A stretch of DNA of 64,000 nt from an uncultured delta proteobacterium (GTDB taxonomy: Bacteria > Myxococcota_A > Polyangia > Fen-1088): contig CAVWIP010000006.1 of the NCBI GenBank assembly GCA_963755125.1, positions 160,001 to 224,000 on the forward strand, written 5' to 3'. Under the pieces are notes generated by a model. The model was given only the letters and a program-made list of their open reading frames with translations, was not told the DNA's origin and searched no databases. Shown in pieces: positions 38,494-48,458 of the stretch (its first letter is position 1; every line of letters starts with the position of its first letter). Both the position numbers and the translations under genes were made by a program.

Positions 38494-40089
38494 CTAGTTG
38501 AGGTTGGGCACCATATCGCGCGTCACGGTAAACGTGCTCTTGAAGGCTACGGGTATGCTGGCGTTGTTCATCTCCGAGCCCGCCCAGGTATTGAAGAGCA
38601 CCCATGGCGCCGAGCTGGGGAACAGCGTACTGGGATCGGGGAAGTTGCTGGACTCGTGAAGCGGGATGGGCATCGTGGACCCGACGACGCCCTTGACCTT
38701 GGTGTAGGTGGCGGAATCGCTCGAGTAGTCCGGACCCGAAAGATCGACGACGCTCTTGCCTGGGAAGAAGGCACTGAAACTTGTTGCGGCTATGCCATTG
38801 AGGCCACTGAAAGGCATGAGCCAAATGATATTGTTGAGTCCCTTGGTTGCGGTCAGATAGTTGTACGTGTAGTTCCACAGCGCAACGTATTGGGCGCCGG
38901 TCCCTTTGCTCCACCAGAACCACCCGTTGGGTTGCGCCTCGTGGAAGATCGCCAAGATGATGGGCACGTTGGCGGCTTTCATGACCCCGATTTGATAGGA
39001 GATGTAGTCGAGCCTGTTGAGGAACGCTGTATTCTCCGCGGTTCCGGCCGTGACCGCGTTGTCCAGCAAGCCGGCGGGGGGCGTGGACTCGGCGCAGTTG
39101 GTACCTGTGTAGCAGTCGTTCAGGTAGGTTGAGCCGGCCACCGGCATGCCCTGGTGGTAGCGGAACATGGAAATGCCACCTGCGTTCCAGTAGGCAATGG
39201 CGCGCGAAATCCCGCTAATCTCGGAGGTGGCGCTGCCACCAGCCGGGTACAGGAAGTCGCCGCCGAGGATGGCCGGATACTTCAGGCCATTGGTGGCGTA
39301 CCAACTAATGTCGCCAGCGGGATTGTCCCAACTGGTTTCTTGCTGCCCTGAGATGACGTGGTTGCCGTACTGGCTGTAAATGAAGCAGAGCAGGTTCTTG
39401 GCTTGGGCCGAGGCATTGGGACTGACGGGTAGTACACCGCACGAGCTGGTGGATGGCTGACTCGATCCACCGGCACCGCCCGCCCCACCTGTCGTGCTGC
39501 TGCCGCCTGTTCCGCCTCCGCTTCCCAGATCCCTGTTGACACCCGCATCAGCCGGTCCGGTGTCACGACTGCCGCCAGCACCACCCGTAGGGGTCGAACC
39601 ACCCGTCGGGATCGAACCACCCATCGGAGTCGAGCCACCCATCGGGGTCGAACCGCCCCTCGGGGTTGCGCCACCGGTCGGGGTCGAGCCACTGGTCAGG
39701 GTCGAACCGCCCATCGGGCTCGAACCACCGGCCGACGTCGAACCGCCCCTCGGGGTTGCGCCACCGGTCGGGGTCGAACCGCTCGTCCGAGTCGCGCCGC
39801 CCGTCGGAATTGCACTGCTCGCTGATGTCGTGCCGCCCGCCTGGCTGTTCCCGCCGCCTCCGGCCGTGCTGCTTTGAGCGCCCGCACTGGAAGCGGGGCT
39901 CCCTCCAGTTTCGGCCGTTGCGCCCGCAGTCCCCTGAATCGTGCTGTTTTCACCTGTCACGCCGCCACTCGTGGTGGAGCCGCCAGTTCCCTGCGGACTG
40001 GCGTCAACGGCGAGCTTCTGTTCGCTATTTCCACAGCCAAAAGATGCAGTGAGGGAGGCTGCGAGAGCAAAAAAGCAGATCTTGTTCAT
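38494..40089 (-). CDS. GH26 beta-mannanase-like lipoprotein with a long Gly/Ser/Thr linker
   Basis: Lipobox SFG-C, ISGQQE, FHE...WFWW (acid/base), VDLSGPDY, PIPLHE (nucleophile). Confidence 0.88.
   Translation of the reverse strand: MNKICFFALAASLTASFGCGNSEQKLAVDASPQGTGGSTTSGGVTGENSTIQGTAGATAETGGSPASSAGAQSSTAGGGGNSQAGGTTSASSAIPTGGATRTSGSTPTGGATPRGGSTSAGGSSPMGGSTLTSGSTPTGGATPRGGSTPMGGSTPMGGSIPTGGSTPTGGAGGSRDTGPADAGVNRDLGSGGGTGGSSTTGGAGGAGGSSQPSTSSCGVLPVSPNASAQAKNLLCFIYSQYGNHVISGQQETSWDNPAGDISWYATNGLKYPAILGGDFLYPAGGSATSEISGISRAIAYWNAGGISMFRYHQGMPVAGSTYLNDCYTGTNCAESTPPAGLLDNAVTAGTAENTAFLNRLDYISYQIGVMKAANVPIILAIFHEAQPNGWFWWSKGTGAQYVALWNYTYNYLTATKGLNNIIWLMPFSGLNGIAATSFSAFFPGKSVVDLSGPDYSSDSATYTKVKGVVGSTMPIPLHESSNFPDPSTLFPSSAPWVLFNTWAGSEMNNASIPVAFKSTFTVTRDMVPNLN
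39580..39810. repeat. Degenerate 18-bp in-frame repeats (GGSTPx, about x12) including an internal block duplication
   Basis: gtcgaacc(a/g)ccc units; gtcgaaccgcccctcggggttgcgccaccggtcggggtcga occurs twice, 90 bp apart. Confidence 0.8.
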
Positions 40090-40300
40090 GCGACATCTCC
40101 TTGCCATGCCAGCGGTTCGGCGATTTCTCAGGGCGAAACCCTGTCTGTCAGCTAGAAGGGCGCGACATTCCGGCAACCTTCTATCGATCTGCTCAAATCC
40201 AGCCGTTTACGGGATGCCCATCACGCGCGAGGCTACGATGCTGTCACGCGTCTATCTGGGCCGGCGCCTGGCGGACCCGGGAATTTGCGTTCAATCGAGG

Positions 40301-42313
40301 TCAGTCAGGACTCAAGACGACCCCGTCCTTCTCGCACACGGCTCTCACCAGCTTTCGCTTCGCCGGATCGAGGTGGGCCGAGGCCTGCTGGGCGTCCTCC
40401 GCGTTGTGCATCGCGCACGAGCAAGCTGCGATGATCTGGTAGGCGAGCGGCAGGTCCGGAGACAGTGCGAGAGCCGAGCGCGCGTTGCCGATGGCAACCG
40501 CGTAGTGGTGCCTGAGCCAGGCTTGCTGGGCGTCGTGCACCAGGGCTTCGGGATCACCGGCCGGGTGCGCCGGGGCTGCGGGAGCGGGCGCAGCCGGCGG
40601 CGACTCACGCTCGGCCGGAGCAACGGGCGGCGGCGCAAGCTCGGCCGGAGCGGCGGGCGTTGGCTCGGGCGGGGTCAGGGTGCGGGGCGTCGGGGATGAG
40701 GGTGGGAACTCGGCGGGCGCACGATGGACGATCTCATCGAGCGTGCGGCGAGGCTTGCCAGGCGCCTTACCTGCGCTTGGCGCTGGCGAATTCTCCGGCG
40801 GCTGGACGGGCTTCGCCGCAGGGACGGGCAACGGCGCAGGCACCTCCACCGCAGGCGGGAACACTGCGGCCGGCGGAGGCGGGGCAGGTTGAGTCGCCGG
40901 GGGAAGCGTCATCGCGACCGATGGCGCTTGCGGCAACTCGGGCGCGCGGTTCTTGCGCACGACCCACAGCGCGGAGCCTGCCCCGGCCAGGATCACAATC
41001 GCGGCCCCGACCAGCAGGCGCCGCCTTCGCCGCGCGCGGAAACCGTCGATGCGCATGGTACTCGAGAAGCCATCCAGGTCGAAGGAGTCGAGGTTGGCCA
41101 GCTCGTCGTCGCCCGCTGGCTGGTCGTCGCCCGCTGGCTGGTCGTAGTCCGCTGGCTGGTCATCGCCCGCTGGCTCGTCCTCGGGCAGCACATTCGCGGA
41201 CGGCGGCGATGAACTGTCTTGTGCAGGTGGGATCGACTGCGAAAGATCGAGGCCCGACTCCTGAATGCCGGGCAGCCGGTTCGCGTCGCGCAGGAACGCG
41301 CGATCGGCCACGCACTCGCGCAGAGCATCGCCGAGTTCGTCGGCGCTGGCGAAGCGTTGTTCGGGTTTTTTCGCCATGCACCTCAGCACGACGGTGTCGG
41401 TGTGCTCGTCGATGCCGGCATCAGGCGCGCGCTGGCTGGGGGGAACGACCGTGCCTGACACATGGCCGTTCAGGATCTCCAGCATCGACTTCCCAACGAA
41501 CGGGACCACGCCGGTGAGCATCTCGTAGAACACGGCGCCCAGGGCGTAGATGTCGCTGCGCGCGTCGACCGGTTTTTCCTGAGCCTGTTCGGGAGACAGG
41601 TAGTACGGCGTGCCGCAGATCGCTCCCGCTCGCGTGGCCGCGCTAGGGCCCAGGTCGAGGAACTTTGCCACGCCGAAGTCGAGCAGCTTGACGGCATCGT
41701 AGTTTCCCTCGGGCGCGACCTCGAAACGGACACCCTTTTCGTCGGGGGAGCGGCGAACCACGCGGCGCCGTCCCTCGCGGCTGATGAGAAAGATGTTCGC
41801 AGGCTTGAGGTCGCGGTGAACGATGCCAAGCTCGTGGGCTGCGCCCAGGCCGCGCGCCACCTGTCCGACGATGTTGACCGCGTCGAACACGGTGAACCGG
41901 CCGATGCGACGGAGACGCTCCTCCAGGTTCTCGCCATCGAGGTATTCCATCACCAGGAAGACTAGCCCGTCGGCCGTGGTGCCGAAGTCGGTCACGTCGA
42001 TGATGTTGGGGTGGCGAATGCGACTGGCGGCCTTGGCCTCGGTGAGGAATTGCTCGACAACCTCTGTCTGCCTGGCGAACCGGTCGTGCAGTACCTTGAT
42101 GGCCACCGGCTTCTCGAGCACGACGTGCTGGGCGCGGTACACCACACCCATGCCACCCTCGCCGATCACGCCCTGGATCTCATGGTCCTTGAGCAACATG
42201 CCGACGCGGGCGATGACCTCGGGCGCGAACAGGGGCGTGCGATCCGTGGGACACAGATCCAGCGTTCCGGCGAAACTGCCGCCACAACGGGGACAAGTGC
42301 GGGTGGTGCCCAT
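40301..42313 (-). CDS. Membrane Ser/Thr kinase with an N-terminal Zn-ribbon-like motif
   Basis: CPRC...CPTD, GEGGMG, VAIK, HRDLKPAN, DFG, YLSPE, TM helix, C-terminal TPR-like helix. Confidence 0.95.
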   Translation of the reverse strand: MGTTRTCPRCGGSFAGTLDLCPTDRTPLFAPEVIARVGMLLKDHEIQGVIGEGGMGVVYRAQHVVLEKPVAIKVLHDRFARQTEVVEQFLTEAKAASRIRHPNIIDVTDFGTTADGLVFLVMEYLDGENLEERLRRIGRFTVFDAVNIVGQVARGLGAAHELGIVHRDLKPANIFLISREGRRRVVRRSPDEKGVRFEVAPEGNYDAVKLLDFGVAKFLDLGPSAATRAGAICGTPYYLSPEQAQEKPVDARSDIYALGAVFYEMLTGVVPFVGKSMLEILNGHVSGTVVPPSQRAPDAGIDEHTDTVVLRCMAKKPEQRFASADELGDALRECVADRAFLRDANRLPGIQESGLDLSQSIPPAQDSSSPPSANVLPEDEPAGDDQPADYDQPAGDDQPAGDDELANLDSFDLDGFSSTMRIDGFRARRRRRLLVGAAIVILAGAGSALWVVRKNRAPELPQAPSVAMTLPPATQPAPPPPAAVFPPAVEVPAPLPVPAAKPVQPPENSPAPSAGKAPGKPRRTLDEIVHRAPAEFPPSSPTPRTLTPPEPTPAAPAELAPPPVAPAERESPPAAPAPAAPAHPAGDPEALVHDAQQAWLRHHYAVAIGNARSALALSPDLPLAYQIIAACSCAMHNAEDAQQASAHLDPAKRKLVRAVCEKDGVVLSPD
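41101..41180. repeat. 18-bp in-frame repeat (PAGDDQ about x4)
   Basis: gtcgtcgcccgctggctg units. Confidence 0.75.
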
Positions 42314-42422
42314 GGCTGGTCATCCCATCTTAGAATGCTTTGCTTTGCATATGTGCGAAGATACGAAAGAATCCATGGAAGGCTGCCATAGCGTCGCGCC
42401 CTTATTGTAATCTCGGAGGAAC

Positions 42423-43568
42423 TTGACTCGATCTTTCGCACTTGCTCCGCCAGCGCTCGCCGCAACCCTTCTGTTTGCGGCCTGCGTGAACCTCGCGCAG
42501 CCACCCTGGGGGCAGACCAGCAGCGCCGGCGGCACGGGTGGAAGCAGTACCGCGGCCGGGGGTGGTAGCGGCGGGGGAAGCGGGGTCTCGGGCGGCGGCG
42601 GTACGTCGGGAGGCGCGACGACGGGTGGGGCGGGTGGTCTGTCAGCGACGGGTGGAACAACCACAGTGGTGACGGGCGGGACGGCAGGAAGCGTCGCGCC
42701 GGATGCGGGCTCAGTGGGCGGTGCGACCGTGCCCGCGGACGGCGGGACTGACGTGCCGTACTCTCCCGACGTCAGCCCTCCCGCGGACACCGGTGGCGCC
42801 GGGGGGGGCGGAGGTTCGGGCGGCAGCAGCGCGGGCGGCTCCGGTGGCACGGCGGGACAGGGCGGCGCTGCGGGCGGCAGCACGCCCGTCGGAGGTTCGG
42901 CTGTCCCCGATGCGGCCGTGGCCGGGTCCGGCGGCGGAAGCGGCGGCGCAAGCAGCAGCGGCGCAACGGGAGGCGGAGGGGCAACGGGTGGAGCGGGCGG
43001 TAGCGCCTCGACGGCCACCGGCGGGGCGGCGGTCACGTGTACGCCAGTGCCCAAGAGCACAGGTGGCATCTCCTGTCCTGGAGGCTTTTGCACGGTGGCG
43101 CCATATAGTGGCTACGATTTCAGCCTTGTCGACCCGACAGGCAAGTCGTCGGTTTGCATGTCGCCGAACAGTCTTTGCGGGGCAGGCGTCGTGGGTGCAC
43201 AGAATCCGCCCAGCTACACAGTTTGGGGAGCTGGCTTCGGCTTCAACCTGTCGCCGCTCACCACAGCAACCACGATCGTGCCAGTTCAGCTCACTGGCTC
43301 GGGTGTAACTGTCACGTTGAGCAGCCTTCCCACTGGAGGAGCGACTGCTCGCGTGCAAGTGACCGTGGGCACGGCGCAGTATTGCGCGGTGATGACCAAG
43401 GCCACCCAGACCATTCCTTGGACCAGCTTCAACACCGAGTGCTGGGCCTCCGCCAGTGGCGTGGCGCTCACAGGCCCGCCCAACGCATCGAACATCCAGT
43501 TCGAGGCCGCCTCGGGCACGACCGCTGGGGCGTTCGACTTCTGCGTGACAGCCCTGTCGTTCCAGTAG
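42423..43568 (+). CDS. Lipoprotein with a Gly-rich linker and a C-terminal CBM-like beta-sandwich
   Basis: GGAGG + TTG start, lipobox FAA-C, WGAGFGFNL, IPWTSFNTECW, FDFCV. Confidence 0.8.
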   Translation: MTRSFALAPPALAATLLFAACVNLAQPPWGQTSSAGGTGGSSTAAGGGSGGGSGVSGGGGTSGGATTGGAGGLSATGGTTTVVTGGTAGSVAPDAGSVGGATVPADGGTDVPYSPDVSPPADTGGAGGGGGSGGSSAGGSGGTAGQGGAAGGSTPVGGSAVPDAAVAGSGGGSGGASSSGATGGGGATGGAGGSASTATGGAAVTCTPVPKSTGGISCPGGFCTVAPYSGYDFSLVDPTGKSSVCMSPNSLCGAGVVGAQNPPSYTVWGAGFGFNLSPLTTATTIVPVQLTGSGVTVTLSSLPTGGATARVQVTVGTAQYCAVMTKATQTIPWTSFNTECWASASGVALTGPPNASNIQFEAASGTTAGAFDFCVTALSFQ

Positions 43569-43643
43569 CCTCGCCCTGCCAACGACCGAAACGGCGGGGT
43601 CAGTAGACCCAGGTTTCAATTTTGCTGCGCTAGCGTGGGCGAA

Positions 43644-43889
43644 CTACGGCTTCCCGTTGTCGGGCCGGCAGCGCTTCCCCTCGGGATAGTCGGGGTGGTA
43701 GTGGTGCTTGACCGGACGGGTGACGCACTTCAGGCATTGCCCACGCTCGCCCGCCTCCTGCGTGCCGGGGAGCTTTTCGCAGTCGGCAACCGTGCGCGAC
43801 TCATGGCCAGTGGAATGGCTGAACGCGACCGGTGCGGCCAACAGACCTGCGGTCAGCAGAATGCCGATGCTCAAAGTGATTTTCTTCAT
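43644..43889 (-). CDS. Small exported His/Cys-rich protein (81 aa)
   Basis: AGGAG RBS, signal peptide, 4 Cys, HHYH. Confidence 0.75.
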   Translation of the reverse strand: MKKITLSIGILLTAGLLAAPVAFSHSTGHESRTVADCEKLPGTQEAGERGQCLKCVTRPVKHHYHPDYPEGKRCRPDNGKP

Positions 43890-44036
43890 GGGCGCTCCTT
43901 TCCGGCGACATGATACCAGCCACGGCGCGCTTTGGGCGACGATTCTGTGACGAAACCGTGGACACGTGCAGCAGGGCGCGAGGTGTTCCCGCAAGTGTCT
44001 TGGCCATTGGCAGCCCACGGCAAGACCTCACCGCAG

Positions 44037-45731
44037 TCACGAAATTTGGGCAAGTCTGAGGACGCTGGTCGCGGTGGCAGAGATCAGCACCACGGCTGCG
44101 CACCCGATGACGTTGTACCAGAGGAAGCCGACGTCGGTTCGCAGAAAGACGGCGAGAACGAGCGCCTCAGACAGGAGCGCGGCGAGAAACACGGCGGTTC
44201 CCTGCACTCGGCGCAGGAAGAACGCCACCGCGAAGATGCCCAGCACGGTGCCGTAAAAGAGCGAGCCGAGGATATTGACCGCCTGGATCAGGTTGTCGAG
44301 CAGCGAGGCAAAGGTGGCGAAGAGCAAGGCCAGGATGCCCCAGCCAGCGGTGAACCAGCGCGCAGCGCGAACGTAGTGCGCGTCGCTCGCGTTCTTGCGC
44401 AGACTGCGTCGGTAAAAATCGATTACGGTGGTCGATGCCAGTGCCGAAAGTTCGCTGGCCACCGCGGACATGGCTGCGCAGAAGATCACGGCGAGAAGCA
44501 AGCCGACAATCCCACGCGGCAGGTTGCGCATGACAAAGGACAGAAAAACGTAGTCTGCGTCCTTGGTGGTGGCGTGGGGCAGCGCCGTGGCGATGACCTG
44601 CTTCATCTCGCCGCGGATGGGTGCGAAGCTCGCCTCGCTCTCACGCACTGCCCCCTCGGCGACAGCGATGGCTCTCTCGTCGTGCTGGTTCAGGGCGGCG
44701 TCCAGTCGCTCGATCTCGGCGCGCTTGTGCGCGAACGCGGCCCGGTGGTCACGCTCGAGTGCGGCGGCGCGGGCCGCGTGGGGCGTGCGATACACGCGGG
44801 CGAGTTCCGGCTGATTGAAGAAGATCGGCGGCAGATTGAATTGGTAGAAAACGAAAACCATCACGCCAACCAGCAGCACGAGAAACTGCATAGGGATTTT
44901 GAGCAGGCCATTGAAGAGCAGACCCAGCCGGCTCTCCGTGATGGAGCGACCGGCGAGGTAGCGTTGCACCTGTGACTGGTCGGTCCCGAAGTAGGCCATG
45001 GCCAGGAAGAAACCACCCAGGAGACCGGACCAGAGAGTGTAGCGGCGGCTCGCATCGGCGGAGAAATCCACGATGTTCAACTTGCCCAAGGTGCCCGCGA
45101 TGTGAAGAGCGTTGCGCAGGGAAACCGAGGCGGGCAAGCGCACCACGATGACGATGAACGCGACGACCATCCCGCCCAGCATCACCACCATCTGGTGCTT
45201 CTGGGTCTGACTGACGGCACGCGTGCCGCCTGCGACCGTGTACAGAATCACCACGCCACCCATGCACAGGCAGGTGAGGCGGAGCGGCCAGCCCAGCACC
45301 GAGGACAGGATGATGGCAGGCGCGTAGATGGTGATGCCGGCGGACAGCCCGCGCAGCAGCAGGAACAAAAATGCCGCCAACTGGCGGGTCTTGAGGTCGA
45401 ATCGGCTTTCGAGAAACTCGTAGGCGGTATAGACGCGCAAATGGAAGTAGCGCGGAATGAAGGCGATCGACAGCACGATCATGGCCAAAGGCAGGCCGAA
45501 ATAGAACTGCACGAAGCGCATGCCGTCCTCGAAGGCCTGGCCGGGTGTCGACAGGAAGGTTACCGCGCTGGCCTGGGTTGCCATCACCGATAGGCCTATG
45601 GTGTGCCATTTTTCTCGATACCCGCCGCGCAGATAGGAGGCCATGTCCTGCCTGCCGCGCGTCTTGTACACCCCGTACCCGACGATGGCGCCCAGGGTGC
45701 CGACGAGAACCAGCCAGTCGAGCGAACTCAT
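44037..45731 (-). CDS. Sodium:solute symporter (SSS family)
   Basis: SVMATQASAVTFLSTPG, TAYEFLESRF, GTDQSQVQRYL, many TM helices. Confidence 0.95.
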   Translation of the reverse strand: MSSLDWLVLVGTLGAIVGYGVYKTRGRQDMASYLRGGYREKWHTIGLSVMATQASAVTFLSTPGQAFEDGMRFVQFYFGLPLAMIVLSIAFIPRYFHLRVYTAYEFLESRFDLKTRQLAAFLFLLLRGLSAGITIYAPAIILSSVLGWPLRLTCLCMGGVVILYTVAGGTRAVSQTQKHQMVVMLGGMVVAFIVIVVRLPASVSLRNALHIAGTLGKLNIVDFSADASRRYTLWSGLLGGFFLAMAYFGTDQSQVQRYLAGRSITESRLGLLFNGLLKIPMQFLVLLVGVMVFVFYQFNLPPIFFNQPELARVYRTPHAARAAALERDHRAAFAHKRAEIERLDAALNQHDERAIAVAEGAVRESEASFAPIRGEMKQVIATALPHATTKDADYVFLSFVMRNLPRGIVGLLLAVIFCAAMSAVASELSALASTTVIDFYRRSLRKNASDAHYVRAARWFTAGWGILALLFATFASLLDNLIQAVNILGSLFYGTVLGIFAVAFFLRRVQGTAVFLAALLSEALVLAVFLRTDVGFLWYNVIGCAAVVLISATATSVLRLAQIS

Positions 45732-45874
45732 CGGTATACGAAAGTGAGGGCCGTGAACAGCAGGATTTCTGCGAGCAGGACGCCGGCCACCACACAGTAC
45801 AGACCGGTCCAGGTCAGAAACGGCGGCGCGGCCCGAAGCTCGTCGCGCGCCGGAAACTCGGGCTCACTGGGCAT
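45728..45874 (-). CDS. Small single-TM symporter accessory protein (48 aa)
   Basis: PPFLTW..LY..V plus a TM helix; overlaps both flanking genes. Confidence 0.7.
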   Translation of the reverse strand: MPSEPEFPARDELRAAPPFLTWTGLYCVVAGVLLAEILLFTALTFVYR

Positions 45875-48458
45875 GCGACTCCGGGACGCCAGCCAAGAGA
45901 TTGGCAAACAAGCGAAACGCGCCTGGAACGCCCGCGGGCAATTGCCGGAAGAACGCCAGAGCCGTGTAGATGAAGGTTCCCTTTCCGTACTGTGCGACGA
46001 GAATGCTGCCGGGCAGGGCGGGCTCACCGGGATCGCGCATGGAGATCACGGTTCGATAGCGGGCATCCCAATTGGAGGCAAAATAGAGGCCGCGCTCTTG
46101 CAACCAGCCCTGGAAATCGTGTTCGGTGATCTTGTTGGGGTAATTGAGGACGGAATGGGCCGGCGAGATGAATGTGACCGGCGCATTTTCGTCGGTCACC
46201 CGCTCGCGGCCGATCTCGAAAGGAAAAGGACCGATGGGCGTGGCCAGCGGGCTCAGACGGTTGTTGGTGTTGTACTGGACCACCAGCGTGCCGCCCGCCT
46301 GCACATAGGCCAAAAGGGCCGGGTGGGCGGCGCGCAGCCGTGCGCTGGCGTTGAAGGCGCGCACGCCGGTCACGATGGCATCGAAATTGGCGAAGGCGGA
46401 ACCACTCTGGCTGGCAGCCGCGTCCGCCAGCGCGGAATCGCTGATGGCCGTCACGGCGTAGCCCGCCTGGCGGAGACTGGCGGGGATCTCGTCGCCGGGC
46501 CCGGGAATGTAGCCGATTCTGCTTCCTTTCCGTTCCAGCGGAAAGGCGACCAACTGCACGTCGGCGTTGGAAAGAACCGTCTGAACCGGGATGTGGGCGT
46601 GCTCGATGCGGGTTTGGCCGAGCGAGAAACGATTTGGGCCGACCTCGGCCAGCAAATGCAAGACACCGTTTGCGGAAGACTGGTGGTCGACCTTGGTGGA
46701 CGGCTGGACGTGGAAGAGCAACTCCTTCTCGTCGCCTTTGGCCAGAAGTTCAAAACGGGCGCTGGTGGGCGATACTGACCAGCCTGCAGGAATCTCGGGG
46801 CGCACGCTGCCCGAAATGGGCGCCGTCACCGCCGTGAGGCGAACTGCCAGGGTTCGCGGCTCGCCATTTGGCGAGACCAGCACGGAACTCGTGGGCCGAA
46901 TCAGCACTGGGGGTGTGATTTCGAGGGGCCGATAGCGCTCGCCCGCGACCGGATCCGTCCACTTGAAGGTGATGGGTCGCTTCACAGTCAGCGTGGATGA
47001 GCCAACCGTAAGTACGAACTCGATGGCGAGCGGCGGCTCTGTTTCGGGCGTGCCGATGAGAACGGGATTCTCGACGTGGAAGAGTCCTGGCTCGGGAGGC
47101 GCGACAAGCCAGTAAGGAGTGGTCAGCGCCGTGCTATCCGGGACGCGCACGGTTCGCTTTACCTCAAGCGAGGTGAGCGCGCTCTTGCTCGTCGCAATGT
47201 CAGAGCCCGGGAAGCGGATCTCGCGTATAGTGAACTTCACGGGCGAGCGATTGATGGCCGTAGCCGTGACGTCCACAGTCCCGCCGGGCACGGCACGGAA
47301 ATCAGCGGCGGTCGCTTCAACGAAAATTCCCGCGCAGGCCAGCACCAGTTCGCGCACCTGATTCTGTTTGTATGTACGCCATGCGACGTCGGCAATGGAG
47401 CCCAGAGCCTTGTCCAATTGCAGAAGGGTAGGGACGGTCTGGTAGGGCGCCGCAGGCACGAATTGTCGCTGTGCGCGCTCGATCAGGCGCGCGACTGCGC
47501 TGCTGTTCTTGATGCGCGACCAGGGAAAGTCGATCCCGCCCAGTATGCTGCCGGCCAGCGGGGGAGAAGCGGGTGCCTTGTCCAGTAGCTTGAAGTACTC
47601 GACGATGGGCCCGCGCGTGCGTGCCACGCCGAACCCCTGGCTCTTGTGCATGCTGCGGCTGTCGGCCGCCATCTCGCCATAGGAAAGCCCCAACAACGGA
47701 TTGTACTTGCCGACATCCAGTCTGAGGAACTTCGACAGATCCTCTTCCGGCTTGAGGTTCCAAGAAGATCGGTTCCAGAATAGCCGTTGCGCCTGCCAGG
47801 GCCGCACTCCTTGCCCGAGTTGCTCCGGGAAAGACTTCGGGTCAGCGGCCGCGCGAAAGGCCTCCAGCGCGAGCTGCGCCGAAGCCGTGTGGTGCCCGTG
47901 GGTGTCGGTCAGTTCGGGCGAGAAGCGCGTGATGATGATGTCAGGCTGGAAGCGCCGGATGACCCAGACCACATCGGCCAGCACAGCGTCCTTGCCCCAG
48001 ATGCGCAGGGTTTCCTCGGGCGTCTTCGAGTAGCCGAAGTCGCGCGCGCGGGTGAAGAACTGCTCCGCCCCATCCACCCGGCGCGCAGCCAGCAGTTCCT
48101 GCGTGCGGATCACGCCCAGTTCCGCTCCCTGCTCTGCGCCGATCAGATTCTGGCCTCCGTCGCCGCGAGTCAGCGACAGGTAGGCCGTGCGCAGCGACGC
48201 CTCGTTGGAAAGGTAAGCGAGCAGGTTGGTGTTCTCGTCGTCAGGGTGCGCGCCGATGTAGAGCACGCTGCCCACCACGCCGAGCTTGCGCAGGGCCAGT
48301 TGGATCTGCGCACTGTCCAGCTCTGTTGGTCCAGCCTGTGCTTCATTGATTGGGAGAATGGTCATGGACAGCAGGACGAGCGAGAAGAGAAAGCGGAAGC
48401 TTGTCCGGCGCGAAGGAGTCCTGCCGAGTATACTCAACCTCAAAAGTGGGCCGCGCAT
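45864..48458 (-). CDS. Exported LmbE/PIG-L-family deacetylase/amidase, multidomain (start uncertain)
   Basis: AHPDDEN, TRGDGGQN, R..ELLAAR..DG, DFGYSK, HGHH; hydrophobic N-terminus ending AQA; C-terminal IGYIPG.GD...FFRQLPAGVPGA domain. Confidence 0.9.
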   Translation of the reverse strand: MRGPLLRLSILGRTPSRRTSFRFLFSLVLLSMTILPINEAQAGPTELDSAQIQLALRKLGVVGSVLYIGAHPDDENTNLLAYLSNEASLRTAYLSLTRGDGGQNLIGAEQGAELGVIRTQELLAARRVDGAEQFFTRARDFGYSKTPEETLRIWGKDAVLADVVWVIRRFQPDIIITRFSPELTDTHGHHTASAQLALEAFRAAADPKSFPEQLGQGVRPWQAQRLFWNRSSWNLKPEEDLSKFLRLDVGKYNPLLGLSYGEMAADSRSMHKSQGFGVARTRGPIVEYFKLLDKAPASPPLAGSILGGIDFPWSRIKNSSAVARLIERAQRQFVPAAPYQTVPTLLQLDKALGSIADVAWRTYKQNQVRELVLACAGIFVEATAADFRAVPGGTVDVTATAINRSPVKFTIREIRFPGSDIATSKSALTSLEVKRTVRVPDSTALTTPYWLVAPPEPGLFHVENPVLIGTPETEPPLAIEFVLTVGSSTLTVKRPITFKWTDPVAGERYRPLEITPPVLIRPTSSVLVSPNGEPRTLAVRLTAVTAPISGSVRPEIPAGWSVSPTSARFELLAKGDEKELLFHVQPSTKVDHQSSANGVLHLLAEVGPNRFSLGQTRIEHAHIPVQTVLSNADVQLVAFPLERKGSRIGYIPGPGDEIPASLRQAGYAVTAISDSALADAAASQSGSAFANFDAIVTGVRAFNASARLRAAHPALLAYVQAGGTLVVQYNTNNRLSPLATPIGPFPFEIGRERVTDENAPVTFISPAHSVLNYPNKITEHDFQGWLQERGLYFASNWDARYRTVISMRDPGEPALPGSILVAQYGKGTFIYTALAFFRQLPAGVPGAFRLFANLLAGVPESHAQ
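48426..48435. promoter_or_regulatory. Palindrome GAGTATACTC giving a TATACT -10 on both strands
   Basis: Perfect 10-bp palindrome at the divergence point of the PIG-L gene and bshC. Confidence 0.45.

Noticed and set aside
37437..41180. Tandem repeats as possible CRISPR arrays
   Set aside because: Unit lengths are multiples of three, in frame within protein linkers, with no unique spacers and no cas genes.
43720..43745. c-type heme motif in the small His/Cys protein
   Set aside because: The sequence is CLKCV, not CxxCH.
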